Below are positions 52,599 through 62,319 of a DNA stretch of 64,000 nucleotides, piece after piece. The notes beneath the pieces are model-generated. The model ran no database searches, was not told the origin of the DNA, and was given only the letters and a program-made list of their open reading frames with translations. Position 1 is the first letter of the stretch. Each line of letters starts with the position of its first letter. The stretch is from assembly GCA_963666055.2 (NCBI GenBank), contig CAXWPH010000005.1, positions 64,001-128,000 of the forward strand, given 5' to 3'. This stretch comes from Acidobacteriota bacterium. GTDB lineage: Bacteria > Acidobacteriota > UBA890 > WLXD01. The translations under genes and the position numbers were made by a program.

Positions 52599-53897
52599 CT
52601 AGCGCACGGCGGTCCCCGCGCTCCTTGTCCCTTCGGCCCCGCGATCGGCAACAGCGCTGAGCGCCCGCTCCACGTCCCGCCCCGTCGGACTCTGGAACAC
52701 CCGCAGGTCAAACTCCGGCACCACCGCTAGCAGGTGGTCGAAGATGTCCGCCTGGATCGCCTCGTAGCGGCTCCAGTCCTGATCGCTGCTGAACACGTAG
52801 ATCTCGATCGGGAGCCCGTGGTCCGTCGGCGCTAGCTGCCGGACTAGGAGTGTCATGTGCTGGTGCAGCATCGGGTGGTGGCGGAGGTACGCCACCACAT
52901 AGGCGCGAAACGTCCCGATGTTCGTCAAGTGGCGGCCGTCGGCCAGGCTCGCCGGGTCGACCCCGCGCTCCTCGTTCCAGCTGGCGACCTCCTCGTGCTT
53001 GGCCTTCAGATACTCGGCGATGTACTGAATCTTCGAGAAGCGCGCCAGCATCTCCTCATCGCAGAAGCGGATCGAGCTGACGTCGATGTACATGGCTCGC
53101 TTGATCCGCCGGCCACCTGACTCCGACATCCCGCGCCAGTTCTTGAACGAGTCCGTGATCAGCGCGTAGGTGGGAATCGTAGTGATCGTCTTGTCCCAGT
53201 TCTGGACCTTCACTGTTGTCAGCCCCACCTCGAGCACGTCGCCATCGGCACCATGCTTCGGCATCTCGATCCAGTCGCCGGTCGAGACCATCCGGTTCGC
53301 CGACATCTGGATGCCGGCGACGAAACCAAGGATGGCGTCCTTGAAGATCAGCATCGTCACCGCGCTCATCGCGCCGAGGCCGCTGAGCAGCAGCAGCGGC
53401 GAGCGGCCGAGGGCGAGCGACAGGACGCTGATGCCCGTCACAGCGCACAGCACCAGCTTGAGCACCTGAGCGAGACTCCGGACCGGTAGCTCCCACGGGA
53501 GCTGCGACCCTCGGACGATCTCGATCCCCGCGTTCACGGCGCTGTCGACCGCCAGCGCCGCGATGACGATCATGTAGATGAGCGCCCCTTGCCGCGCGAC
53601 GGCTGTCAGCTGTGCGTATCCGGCCAGCACCGGAGTCGCAAATTGATAGACCACTAGCGCGGGTGCGAGATGCGCGACCCGGTGCAGCACCCGGTGCCGC
53701 AACACCACATCGTCCCATTGCGCACTCGTCCGCTGCGCGAGTCGTGTGATGCTTCGCACCACGAAGCGCTTGGTGACGTAGTCAGCGATCAGCGCCACGA
53801 GCAGGACTAGCAGAACGCCTGCGAGGCGCGTCAGCAGCGTGGCGGCCGCCACCGTTAGGCCCCACCCCAGCAGCCGGTCCTGCAGCGCGTTAAGCAC
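52599..53897 (-). CDS. MscS-family mechanosensitive channel (YbdG-like)
   Basis: GDWIEMPKHGADGDV, VKVQNWDKT, SGGRRIKR, QADIFDH. Confidence 0.92.
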   Translation of the reverse strand: MLNALQDRLLGWGLTVAAATLLTRLAGVLLVLLVALIADYVTKRFVVRSITRLAQRTSAQWDDVVLRHRVLHRVAHLAPALVVYQFATPVLAGYAQLTAVARQGALIYMIVIAALAVDSAVNAGIEIVRGSQLPWELPVRSLAQVLKLVLCAVTGISVLSLALGRSPLLLLSGLGAMSAVTMLIFKDAILGFVAGIQMSANRMVSTGDWIEMPKHGADGDVLEVGLTTVKVQNWDKTITTIPTYALITDSFKNWRGMSESGGRRIKRAMYIDVSSIRFCDEEMLARFSKIQYIAEYLKAKHEEVASWNEERGVDPASLADGRHLTNIGTFRAYVVAYLRHHPMLHQHMTLLVRQLAPTDHGLPIEIYVFSSDQDWSRYEAIQADIFDHLLAVVPEFDLRVFQSPTGRDVERALSAVADRGAEGTRSAGTAVR

Positions 53898-54031
53898 GCG
53901 GGATCTCCATACCGCAGGATACTATCGTCGATGGTTCCCAAGCGCCTGTCGAGAGGTTAGGCTCGCGCTCCACTAACAGGTAGCTAACCGGTACGATGGC
54001 CCCGTTAGAGAACCGGGCAACGAGACGAGTG

Positions 54032-55135
54032 TGACCTTGCCCCGCTTTCCCGGACACTTAGTTAAGATCCATTGTCGTAGTCGTAGTAGCGGCTGTGGGA
54101 GCTGTTGGCAACGCGGAGCGTTGTCCAAGCGACGGTGGAAATCGGGAGTCGATTTCCACGGGCGCGTCAGCTTCCACAGCTGATTGGCCGCTCTGGCCTG
54201 GCCGCCGCATTGCCGCCTCGAACTGAGCCGGACTCTGGTCTCCGATCGAGGTGTGCATGCGAGCCCGGTTGTAGAACACTTCGATGTAGTGGAACAACTC
54301 GGCTCGGGCCGCCGCCCGGGAACTGAAGCAGCCACCGAGTTCGAACTTCAGGGTAGAGAAGAAACTCTCCATCGGCGCGTTATCCCAGCAGTCTCCTTTC
54401 CTGCTCATGCTGATGGTGAAGCCACGGTCACGCAGCTTGTCTAGGTAATCGTCGCTGCTGTACTGGCTGCCGCGGTCGCTGTGATGGAGCACTCCGGAAC
54501 CGGGACGGCGTTGCTCCAAGGCCTGATCCAGGACCGCCAGCGTCAAATCGTCCGTCATCGTCTCGCTCACCGCCCAGCCGATGATCCGTCGCGAGCACAG
54601 ATCCATCAGCACGGCCAGGTATAGCCATCCTTCCTGCGTCCACAGGTATGTCAGGTCGCCCACCCAGACGCTGTCCACGGCATCCACCGTGAAGCGCCGT
54701 GCCAGCACGTTGGGCGCCGCTGACCGCCCAGGTGTGGGCCGTGTTGTCACCCGGAACCGACGGGGTTGGCGAGCTCGAAGTCCTTCCTGGCGCATCAGCC
54801 GAGCTACCCGCTTGCGAGAGCAGCGGATCCCTCGTTGCCGAAGTTGCTTGTGGATGCGCGGACTTCCGTAACGGTCGCGGCTCTCTCGGAATGCAGCTCT
54901 GATCTGCACACGTAGACGGCGATCTTCTCGCGCTCTCGGGCTCGGCCCCCTTCCTCGCCACTCGTAGTAACCGCCGTGAGACACCTCGAGCATCTTGCAC
55001 AACCGCCGCACCGGGAACTTGCCGGACAGTTGCTTGATGATCGGGTACTTCATCGCGGGCGTTCCGAGAAGATCGCCAACGCTTTTTTTAGAATGTCGCG
55101 CTCCTGCCGTACTCGCCGCAGGTCCCGCCGTAGCC
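54032..55135 (-). mobile_element. IS3-family element lacking its left end; orfB intact
   Basis: orfA tail ERDILKKA with an A7G slippery site, YGSPR, WVGDLTY, HSDRGSQY, WDNAPMESFF; right end at 54032-54057. Confidence 0.92.
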
Positions 55136-55226
55136 AACTCTCCAGGACCTCGCGCACCGCGACCTCAAGCTCCGCCCGGATGGCGGGACCCGCTAATTCG
55201 CTTCAGCTCGCTATCCTCTAAGTGCC

Positions 55227-55652
55227 TCATCGGCAACCCTCATCGCGCGCCATCGCTCGCACTGCATCTGCGTGAGCGGCGCTCACGATCCACTCCGCGG
55301 CGGTCAGCGTCTCAAGGTCCCGGCCCCACCATTGCCGGAGATTCTCGAGTGCCTCGTCCTCTGGCCAGCGCTCACCGTCGAAGTGAGCCACCAAGGCCGC
55401 AGCACCGAGGAACTCACGGCGGGACCCGTCCAGGCCGTACAACTGTGCGAGCTGGTGATCGATGTCGAGGGGTCGGTGCCGTTCGCCGGGCGCGATCAGG
55501 GTCGCGAGCAGTTCCGCCTTGTGCGTTCGAAGATCCGTCAACAGCTCCGTCGTCAGGACGGATCTGCGCGCTCGGTAGCAGAGAGACCCGCCGTCGACCC
55601 ATAGCTCGATGCCGTCGGCTCGACAACGGGAGAGCAGATCGATCGAGGTCAT
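55227..55652 (-). CDS. Small protein with a TubC N-terminal-like domain
   Basis: LLSRCRADGIELWVDGGSL.YRA..L..HKAELLA. Confidence 0.6.
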   Translation of the reverse strand: MTSIDLLSRCRADGIELWVDGGSLCYRARRSVLTTELLTDLRTHKAELLATLIAPGERHRPLDIDHQLAQLYGLDGSRREFLGAAALVAHFDGERWPEDEALENLRQWWGRDLETLTAAEWIVSAAHADAVRAMARDEGCR

Positions 55653-57301
55653 AGCTGACCTTCTGCGATGGTTTCGTCGCCGCCGGTGGTGACAACCGGC
55701 GACGGCGACAAAACCCCCAAGAGCTGACGTTCTGTCGCCGGTTCTGTCGCCACTGAATAGCCCCGCTCCTTATGGGTTTTCTTAGTTGTGTCGCCATATA
55801 GGGTTCTGTCGCCATTGGAGGTTTCGTCGCCACTGTCGGCCAGTACGAATTCCCGAGTGGGACGCCCACCCTCGGGACCACGGTCGGGTTCGTGCCACTC
55901 CCCGGCACCCATCGCGACCAGCTCCTCAAGGGCTGCTGCCGCGGCGCCCGAGGTGCGGTAATGCCGCGGGCCCCTCGCTAGGTCGCGTTCGGTAGTACGG
56001 CCGCCGCGTTTCTGAATCCACCGCAAGAGCTGCCGATGATCCCCCTCGGTGGCTGACCCGAGCATGTCGGTGACGGTTACGCCCTCGGCAGTACCTAGCC
56101 ACTCGATACCGGATGTTGGTATCGGCCCGTCTGGACCGATGACCTCGCGCCCTTCAATCCGAAGACGAAGAGGTTCCATCCGCGGGCCTAGGTTGCATTT
56201 GCCATGCGCGAGAACACGATCCGGCCCCTCTTCCGTGTCGTCGTCTGGGTCGCGGGTTAGCAGCAGCACCGAACGTGCCGCGGCGCTCAACGCCACCGAT
56301 CCACCGACACGCCGAATGAGATCCGCTACCTGCGACTTGTTGAGATGCGCGATACCGATTACGGCGGCGTCAGTCGCCTCGGCCATGCGGCAAAGGGGCG
56401 CAAGGGCACGGCGTAGGCTCGCATCGCGATGGGAGTCCACCTTGCCCGACAGATGACCCATGATCGGATCAATAATGACTAGGCGCGCGCGCTCCTGTTC
56501 CACTCGGCGCTGCAGCTCGGGGACGTCGTCCGGCAGTGTAATGCTGCCGGCGAGCCCATCGCGCTGCATCACGACGAAACTGACCTTATTGAGATCCGCG
56601 CTGGCCGCTTCTAGCCGTGCCCGCAGGACCGTAAGGGCATCCTCCGCGGTCGCGATCAACACGGGCACCGGCCGGCCGTGTAGGTCTCCGGGAAGATCAC
56701 CCTTCGACACACGCGCGGCTACCTCGACGGCCGCCGTCGTCTTGCCAAGTCCTGGATCGCCCACGAACAACGACAGGGCCCCGAGCGCCACGCGGCCATC
56801 CCACGCCCAGTTCACACGCACGGCGTCGATGTCAGCCGCGCGAACCAAGTAGAGACCACGAGATGCCGGATCGGTCCTAACCGCTTCCAGATTTTCACAC
56901 AGGCGCTCGATGATCTCGTCGGTATCGGTTCCCCTCTCCATCGCTTCGATAACCGCCGCGTTGGCCACCTCGACCATCCTGCGGCGCCGGGCGGCAGACT
57001 TGACGATACGCGCGTACTGATCGACGTTCGCCGCCGCCGGCAACCCATCGATCAAGCCAGAGATATATGCCGCTCCGCCGGCACGCTCCAGCACATCGCG
57101 TCGCACGAGTTCCTCGCGCAGAGTCACCATATCGATGGCCTCGGAGCGCTCCGACAAACACGCCATGGCTTCGTAGATCAGCCGGTTGGCATCGCTGAAG
57201 AAGTCCTCGGAAGCGAGGACCTGGGCTGCGGCGTTCAACGAGTGGTTACCGAGCAGCACCGCGCCGAGGATCGCCCTCTCGGCCTCGACATTGTTCGGCA
57301 T
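55649..57301 (-). CDS. DnaB N-terminal domain fused to a RecA-like (AAA_25/RepA) helicase and a C-terminal wHTH
   Basis: PNNVEAERAILGAVLL, Walker A GDPGLGKT, LVIIDP, HLNK; start codon uncertain. Confidence 0.85.
   Translation of the reverse strand: MPNNVEAERAILGAVLLGNHSLNAAAQVLASEDFFSDANRLIYEAMACLSERSEAIDMVTLREELVRRDVLERAGGAAYISGLIDGLPAAANVDQYARIVKSAARRRRMVEVANAAVIEAMERGTDTDEIIERLCENLEAVRTDPASRGLYLVRAADIDAVRVNWAWDGRVALGALSLFVGDPGLGKTTAAVEVAARVSKGDLPGDLHGRPVPVLIATAEDALTVLRARLEAASADLNKVSFVVMQRDGLAGSITLPDDVPELQRRVEQERARLVIIDPIMGHLSGKVDSHRDASLRRALAPLCRMAEATDAAVIGIAHLNKSQVADLIRRVGGSVALSAAARSVLLLTRDPDDDTEEGPDRVLAHGKCNLGPRMEPLRLRIEGREVIGPDGPIPTSGIEWLGTAEGVTVTDMLGSATEGDHRQLLRWIQKRGGRTTERDLARGPRHYRTSGAAAAALEELVAMGAGEWHEPDRGPEGGRPTREFVLADSGDETSNGDRTLYGDTTKKTHKERGYSVATEPATERQLLGVLSPSPVVTTGGDETIAEGQL
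55671..55831. repeat. Iteron-like cluster GTTBYGTCGCC (6 direct, 1 inverted)
   Basis: Copies at 55671, 55729, 55741, 55785, 55803 and 55821; inverted copy at 55704. Confidence 0.8.
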
Positions 57302-57348
57302 CGAACGCTCCCGCGGCCGCGGCTGGGCTCGATCACGTAGCTGCCCCA

Positions 57349-57609
57349 CTACGCGACCTCGCCTCGGTCGCCGACACGGGCGGCGGTACCGTTGAGCCCG
57401 TTGGGCTGTCGAATGTCCAGACTCCGGCCCGCTAGGGCTTCCAGGACCGCCTCCTGCATGCATCCGGCGTGACAGTGCACCAGCACCTGCCCGTCGCGCT
57501 CTGTCGCGCTCAGGCTCGGGTTGCGGTCCTCGTGCGCCGGGCAGGGGTCCATGCCAGGTCCATTGGATCGACCCTCGAGCGCGCGGACGATCTGCTCCAG
57601 GCTGGCCAC
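57349..57609 (-). CDS. Primase-type Zn-binding domain, stand-alone or frameshifted from the helicase
   Basis: [21 protein letters not shown]. Confidence 0.75.
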   Translation of the reverse strand: MASLEQIVRALEGRSNGPGMDPCPAHEDRNPSLSATERDGQVLVHCHAGCMQEAVLEALAGRSLDIRQPNGLNGTAARVGDRGEVA

Positions 57610-57610
57610 G

Positions 57611-57835
57611 TCACGTTGACTGCTGGGGAGGGGCAGGTTGATCGCCCCCCGGCAGGGCGGTCGGACGGCTCGCTAACCACGCCTCGATGTCCGCCAGCCG
57701 CCAGGCTACGGCTCGGCGGCCGATGCGCACCGGACGGGGGAACTCCCCCGCATCCATCGCAGCGTAGATCGCCGAGCGTGACAGTCGCGTGATCTGCTCG
57801 ACTTCAGGACGCTTGATGAGGACTTGCTGCTCCAT
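57611..57835 (-). CDS. alpA: AlpA family regulator/excisionase
   Basis: [34 protein letters not shown]; GGAGG RBS. Confidence 0.92.
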   Translation of the reverse strand: MEQQVLIKRPEVEQITRLSRSAIYAAMDAGEFPRPVRIGRRAVAWRLADIEAWLASRPTALPGGDQPAPPQQST

Positions 57836-57946
57836 GAGGAACCTCCTTGGTTTTGGTGGTTCCTCACACTATGCAGGCGTACCTCGTGCCTGTCATGGGT
57901 GCGAGTTTCCGATAACCCGCCCCCACGGCCAGGGTGGCGCAGCCGA

Positions 57947-58606
57947 CTACCGCTTACCCCGCCATATGTCGCGCATGGTGTTGTACGAGCTCACGTCGTG
58001 AATTCTCTCCTTGAGCACCCCGAGCACGATGTCGCAGGCGGACGGACGCTCCATCGCGTCGGTAGCCTCATTGCGCTCAGCATGCATGCCACACTCTGTC
58101 AGGATGTGGACCGCCCATCGGAGCACGTCATTTCGCTCGGCCATCTTGGGGGCCGGCCCTCTGCTGCCCTTGCCGCCTTTCGGTCGCGGACACCGGCCGT
58201 GGATTACGTCGCCTACCCAACGGTGCAGGGCTTGCCCGAGTGGACGTTTGCCTTCGGTGTGCGCGAACGTCCACGCCAGCGCGTCCCAATCTACGGGGCT
58301 AGTACGTGATCCTTCGATAGTGGATTCGATATCCTCGCGCGGGGTGTTGTCTTCGCCCTGAAGAAACAACGCAGCGTACATCCATACGTTGTAGTTGTGG
58401 GCGATCTCTGGGTTTCTCCACGACGGGTCCAGGTCGAGCCACAAGCCCACAAGCGCGCGCGCATCGTCGTTGGAAATGCGCTCTTTCTGCTCAATGAATC
58501 GTGTCCGGTGCTTATGGTGCAGCTTGGCGAACTCATCGTTCCGGGATTTGTCCAGGACGGCACGCACAGGCAACACTAGTTGCCTCGCGCGCTCTTTTTT
58601 ACCCAT
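57947..58606 (-). CDS. Hypothetical protein between integrase and alpA
   Basis: 219-aa ORF co-oriented with the module. Confidence 0.65.
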   Translation of the reverse strand: MGKKERARQLVLPVRAVLDKSRNDEFAKLHHKHRTRFIEQKERISNDDARALVGLWLDLDPSWRNPEIAHNYNVWMYAALFLQGEDNTPREDIESTIEGSRTSPVDWDALAWTFAHTEGKRPLGQALHRWVGDVIHGRCPRPKGGKGSRGPAPKMAERNDVLRWAVHILTECGMHAERNEATDAMERPSACDIVLGVLKERIHDVSSYNTMRDIWRGKR

Positions 58607-58905
58607 GAGGCAGCGCCGGCGCGATGGTCTGGATCAGTGCGGCCGAGTGCAGCCCGGGCCCACTGATCGATGGGTACAGCAGCATCAGGCCCAGGATGAC
58701 GGCCGGGATCAGCCTCAGCACGCGGCCCGAAAGGTTGATCCTGAGCGGGAGGAGATCGCCCATCCTCACGTTGCCGAACTCACCTCTGTCCATATCATCT
58801 CTCCGTAGGCACGGGGGCGGTGGGGTAGACACGTCTTCAGGGTAGCGTGCGTGGCCGTCTGCCAACCCGCCCAGTTCGGCAGGGAACCGACACGGGTATT
58901 GCTCC

Positions 58906-60150
58906 CTAGACAGGCCGCAGCATCGGCACCACCTTACCGCCCTCAGCACTCAGGTAAGCGGCCCAGTCTTCCATCAGCTTCCGGCGCCGCTCCAGCAGGT
59001 CCGAGCGCGCATAGGCCGCCTCGGTCGGGTCGCGCACCGCATGCGCCAGCGCCGCCTCCATGACCGCCCGCGGTGCGTTGGTGCACTCCGCCGCCCAGTC
59101 CCGGAACGATGAGCGAAACCCGTGCGGCACCGCTTCAATGCCCAGCTGCCGCAGCACCCGGGAAAGGGTCGCGTCCGCCAGCGGCCTGCCGGCCCGTGCA
59201 CCGGGAAACACCAGCCCCTCGCCATCCCTGAGCCCCCGCGCCTGGCGCAGGATCTCCATTGCCCGGCCCGATAGCGGTACCCGGTGGGCCCGGTTCGATT
59301 TCATGCGCTCGGGTGCAAGAGTCCACTCCCTCGCCTCCAGGTCCATCTCCTGCCAGGTAGCCAACCGCACCTCGCCGGAGCGGGCCGCCGTCAACACCAG
59401 AAACTCCAGGGCCAACTTCACCACCCCGGAGGCATCCGAAGCCCGCACCGCCTCGATTGCACCGTCCACCTCGGCATGCGGCAACGCCCGCATGTGCTGT
59501 CGCCGCTTGCGGTGCCGTGGCAGCGCCTGGGTGATCGCCTCACCGGCCGGGTTGTCGCCACGGTACCCCTGCGCCACGGCCCACTTCATCACCGTACCGA
59601 TGCGCGCCCGCACCCGCCGTGCGGTCTCGGCCTTGTCATGCCAGATCGGACCCAGTACCTCCAACACCTCGGCCGTTGTCACCTCCGACACCGGCATCTC
59701 ACCGATGCGCCCGTACGCATAGGTGCGCAACTCCGTTTTCCATTGCGCCGCATACTTGGCGTTGCGCCACCCGGGGCGGTGCATCTCATACACCTTGGCC
59801 GCTGCTTGCGCGAACGTCGGCATGCCCTCGGCCCGGCGCTTGTCTGCCAGAGGGTCACCGCCGGCACGGGCCAGCTTGCGGTTGGCAAATGCCACCTCGC
59901 GGGCCTCCGACAGTGACACCAAGGGGTAGCCTCCGAGACCCAGTTCCCGGCGTCGGCCCTGGATCACGATCCGCTGTACCCAGCAGCGCGCTCCGCTCGG
60001 GATCACGTTCAGGTACAGGCCGTGTCCATCGCAGTACCGGCCCGGCTTCATTACCGTGCGTACGAACGCCGCCGACAGGGCCCGCTCCGGGTGCTTGCCG
60101 CTCTTGCGCCGTGGGCTGGGTTTCGGTGTAGTTGCTTGCGCATCGGACAT
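58906..60150 (-). CDS. P4-type tyrosine integrase with an arm-binding domain
   Basis: DGHGLYL..RRRELGLGGYP.VSLSEAR; catalytic ARSGE, MK, HGFR, LAH and AY. Confidence 0.95.
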   Translation of the reverse strand: MSDAQATTPKPSPRRKSGKHPERALSAAFVRTVMKPGRYCDGHGLYLNVIPSGARCWVQRIVIQGRRRELGLGGYPLVSLSEAREVAFANRKLARAGGDPLADKRRAEGMPTFAQAAAKVYEMHRPGWRNAKYAAQWKTELRTYAYGRIGEMPVSEVTTAEVLEVLGPIWHDKAETARRVRARIGTVMKWAVAQGYRGDNPAGEAITQALPRHRKRRQHMRALPHAEVDGAIEAVRASDASGVVKLALEFLVLTAARSGEVRLATWQEMDLEAREWTLAPERMKSNRAHRVPLSGRAMEILRQARGLRDGEGLVFPGARAGRPLADATLSRVLRQLGIEAVPHGFRSSFRDWAAECTNAPRAVMEAALAHAVRDPTEAAYARSDLLERRRKLMEDWAAYLSAEGGKVVPMLRPV

Positions 60151-60300
60151 ATTCTGCGTCCCCCTCTCATTCCACCATTAGAGGCTGGAATATAGCGGAT
60201 TTCACGGGAACACGCAAGATGGCCGAATACTCGTAACTATCTGACTCTACTGATGCTTAGGGACTAATAGGTCAACTTAGGAATGCACCGGATCTGAACG

Positions 60301-60315
60301 ATGGCAGACAAACCG
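60301..60315. repeat. Right att junction: ATGGCAGA half-site plus CAAACCG core
   Basis: Second copy of the 7-bp core. Confidence 0.85.
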
Positions 60316-60656
60316 AGGGCCAGCGTCAGGGTTGCGGTGATCGTGTGGGAAGGCGCGGCGCGCAAGCTTCGCAGAGCCTGCCGGAAGTCGTCGAGCAAGG
60401 CGGTCACGCGGTCCTCGAGATCGGGGGATGGGCTGCTGGCGGAACCTCGGGCGAACACCTCTCGCACATACGCCGCCGGCACGCGGGCGCCGAACACCAC
60501 CAGCTCACGCCAATACCAGATATGCGCTGGCAGGGCCCCGCGCGTGCCGCGGATGCGCTCGAAGCGTTCGCACAAATCGCCGATCGCTTCCTCGGCACCA
60601 GGGCCGCGCAGCAAGCGCCGCAGGAGAACGATCGAACGGGGTGCGCGGACGCTCAT
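60309..60656 (-). pseudogene. ADOP-type ABC permease, 5' part (116 codons)
   Basis: EEAIGDL.E, WYWRE, DFRQALRSLRAAP..TLTLALGL; its ATG overlaps the padR stop. Confidence 0.9.
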
Positions 60657-60988
60657 GCGTTTCCGTCGCGCAGCGTCGGATCGAGCCCGTCCCACATAGC
60701 GAACAGGGCGCCGGCGGCCGAGCGTAGTCGCTCCCGCCCCAACTCGGTGACCTCGAAGTAGCGCTTTGCACGTCCGCCGCGCTCGTGGGAAGCGTCACCG
60801 ACACGCGCCGCCACGAGCGCCTTTTTCTCGAGCCGTTGCAAAGCGATATAGGTGGCCGCCTGCGACACCCGCCGGCTGGTCCGCTCTTCCACCTCGCTCA
60901 AGATCGAGACGCCGTATGCGTTGTCACCGAGGCGCAGGATGGCGAGCAGGATGAGGTGCTCGAATTCGCCGAGTGCGTGTCTGGCCAC
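60653..60988 (-). CDS. PadR family regulator (acidobacterial type)
   Basis: LGEFEHLILLAILRL..AYG, RLEKK, RGGRAKRYF. Confidence 0.93.
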   Translation of the reverse strand: MARHALGEFEHLILLAILRLGDNAYGVSILSEVEERTSRRVSQAATYIALQRLEKKALVAARVGDASHERGGRAKRYFEVTELGRERLRSAAGALFAMWDGLDPTLRDGNA

Positions 60989-61082
60989 GGAAGCACCTAC
61001 GTTGGGGTTGGAGTACGCCGATCAATGTACCTAGCAACGATAAGTAGCATTGCTGAGGAAATCAAGGACTCGCCCCGAAGAC

Positions 61083-62311
61083 TCAAGCCTCGATCAGCGA
61101 GATGAGACGTTCGACCGCCTCCTTTACGAACGCCGGATCCTCGGCGTGCAGGTCGGCGCTCGAGTAGCTCCGATGTTATCCGGCAGCCCGGCCTTGATCT
61201 CCGCCAGGAAGGCCTCGTCGCCGACCGGGTCGTGGAGCTGGGCGCCCCTCCACCGCGTAGCGGCTGGTGCCGCGCTTGGGCATCATGAAATAGGCCTTGT
61301 CGGTTGTATGCGAAAGGCGTCTGTTCACCTCCTGCGCCACCGCCACCATCTCTTCCACCTTCAGCCGGATCGCCAGAATGATCGGGTTGTGGGAAGGCCA
61401 CCTCGTAGTCCCGGTAGCGCTCCGGAATCGTGTTGGGCTCGGTCAGCAGACCGATGTGCTCGAGCCCACCCGGACAGATGACCTGTGGCAGGCCGAGATC
61501 GCCGGCAACGGTCAGGCGCTCCGGCCCCCCATCGCGTAGGCCGTCGAACATGTGGTCAGGGATCTCTCCGAGACCGTAGTCGAAGACGGCGCCGATGAGG
61601 CCGTCCTTCATCATCTGCTCCATGGCGCGGCCGCCGGAGCCCACCGCGTGGAAGACGATCACCTCGTACCCGGCGTCGTGGGAAGTACCCGAGCGCCAGC
61701 ATCGCCCCCTCGGTGAGCACCCCGAGGTTGGTCATGCCGACAAGAGGCTTGGCGCCGGGGGCGATGTCCAGCGTGACGCGCGAGCAGGCCATGCCATAGG
61801 TGGCGGCGGCAGCGTTCGCCAGCATTTTCCTGGTAACCGGGTTGAGCCCGAGGATGTCGCCGACGCTGAACATCATGGTGATGTCCTTAATGCCGACGAA
61901 GGCCGAGGTGTCGCCCGATGCCGCGGTTGAGACCATGACCTTGGGGAAGCCGTACGGCAGCCCCTGCATGACGCCCGTGCAGTTGGAGGTGCCCTGGGTG
62001 CCGCCGAGCCCCGACGACGCCGTGGATCTCGCCCTTGCGAGATACGCTCCAGCAGCAGGCGCATCGCACCGGCGACCATCACCGGCGAGGCTGCCTGGCG
62101 CGTCGGAGCCTCGAGGATCTCGTCGAGCGGCGTTCCACCCGCCGCCGCGACCTCGGCGCGTGACACGCCTGGCTCGACGGCGGGATCACCGACGACGCCG
62201 ATGTCCATCAGCAGCGTGGCGCCGCCCATCGCCTCGATCTGGTCCGGCGACGTAGCGCGCCTCGTTGCCCTTGGTGTCGAGGGTCGCCAGCACGACGACG
62301 GTCTTGCTCAC
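61083..62311 (-). pseudogene. Tm-1-like (UPF0261) ATP-binding protein with multiple frameshifts
   Basis: LATLDTKG.E, LPYGFPKVMVST, VFHAVGSGGRAME; several frame switches. Confidence 0.85.
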
Positions 62312-62319
62312 GTCACTCC

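Larger units (their letters stand above)
46242..60315 (-). mobile_element. 14,074-bp tyrosine-integrase element (P4/PICI-like module) inserted in the ADOP permease gene
   Basis: Flanked by two in-frame halves of one gene, 7-bp direct repeat, integrase-hypothetical-alpA-helicase module. Confidence 0.9.

Noticed and set aside
61028-61046. Possible PadR operator TACCTAG-N5-ATAAGTA
   Set aside because: Only 5 of 7 positions are symmetric; too weak without comparative data
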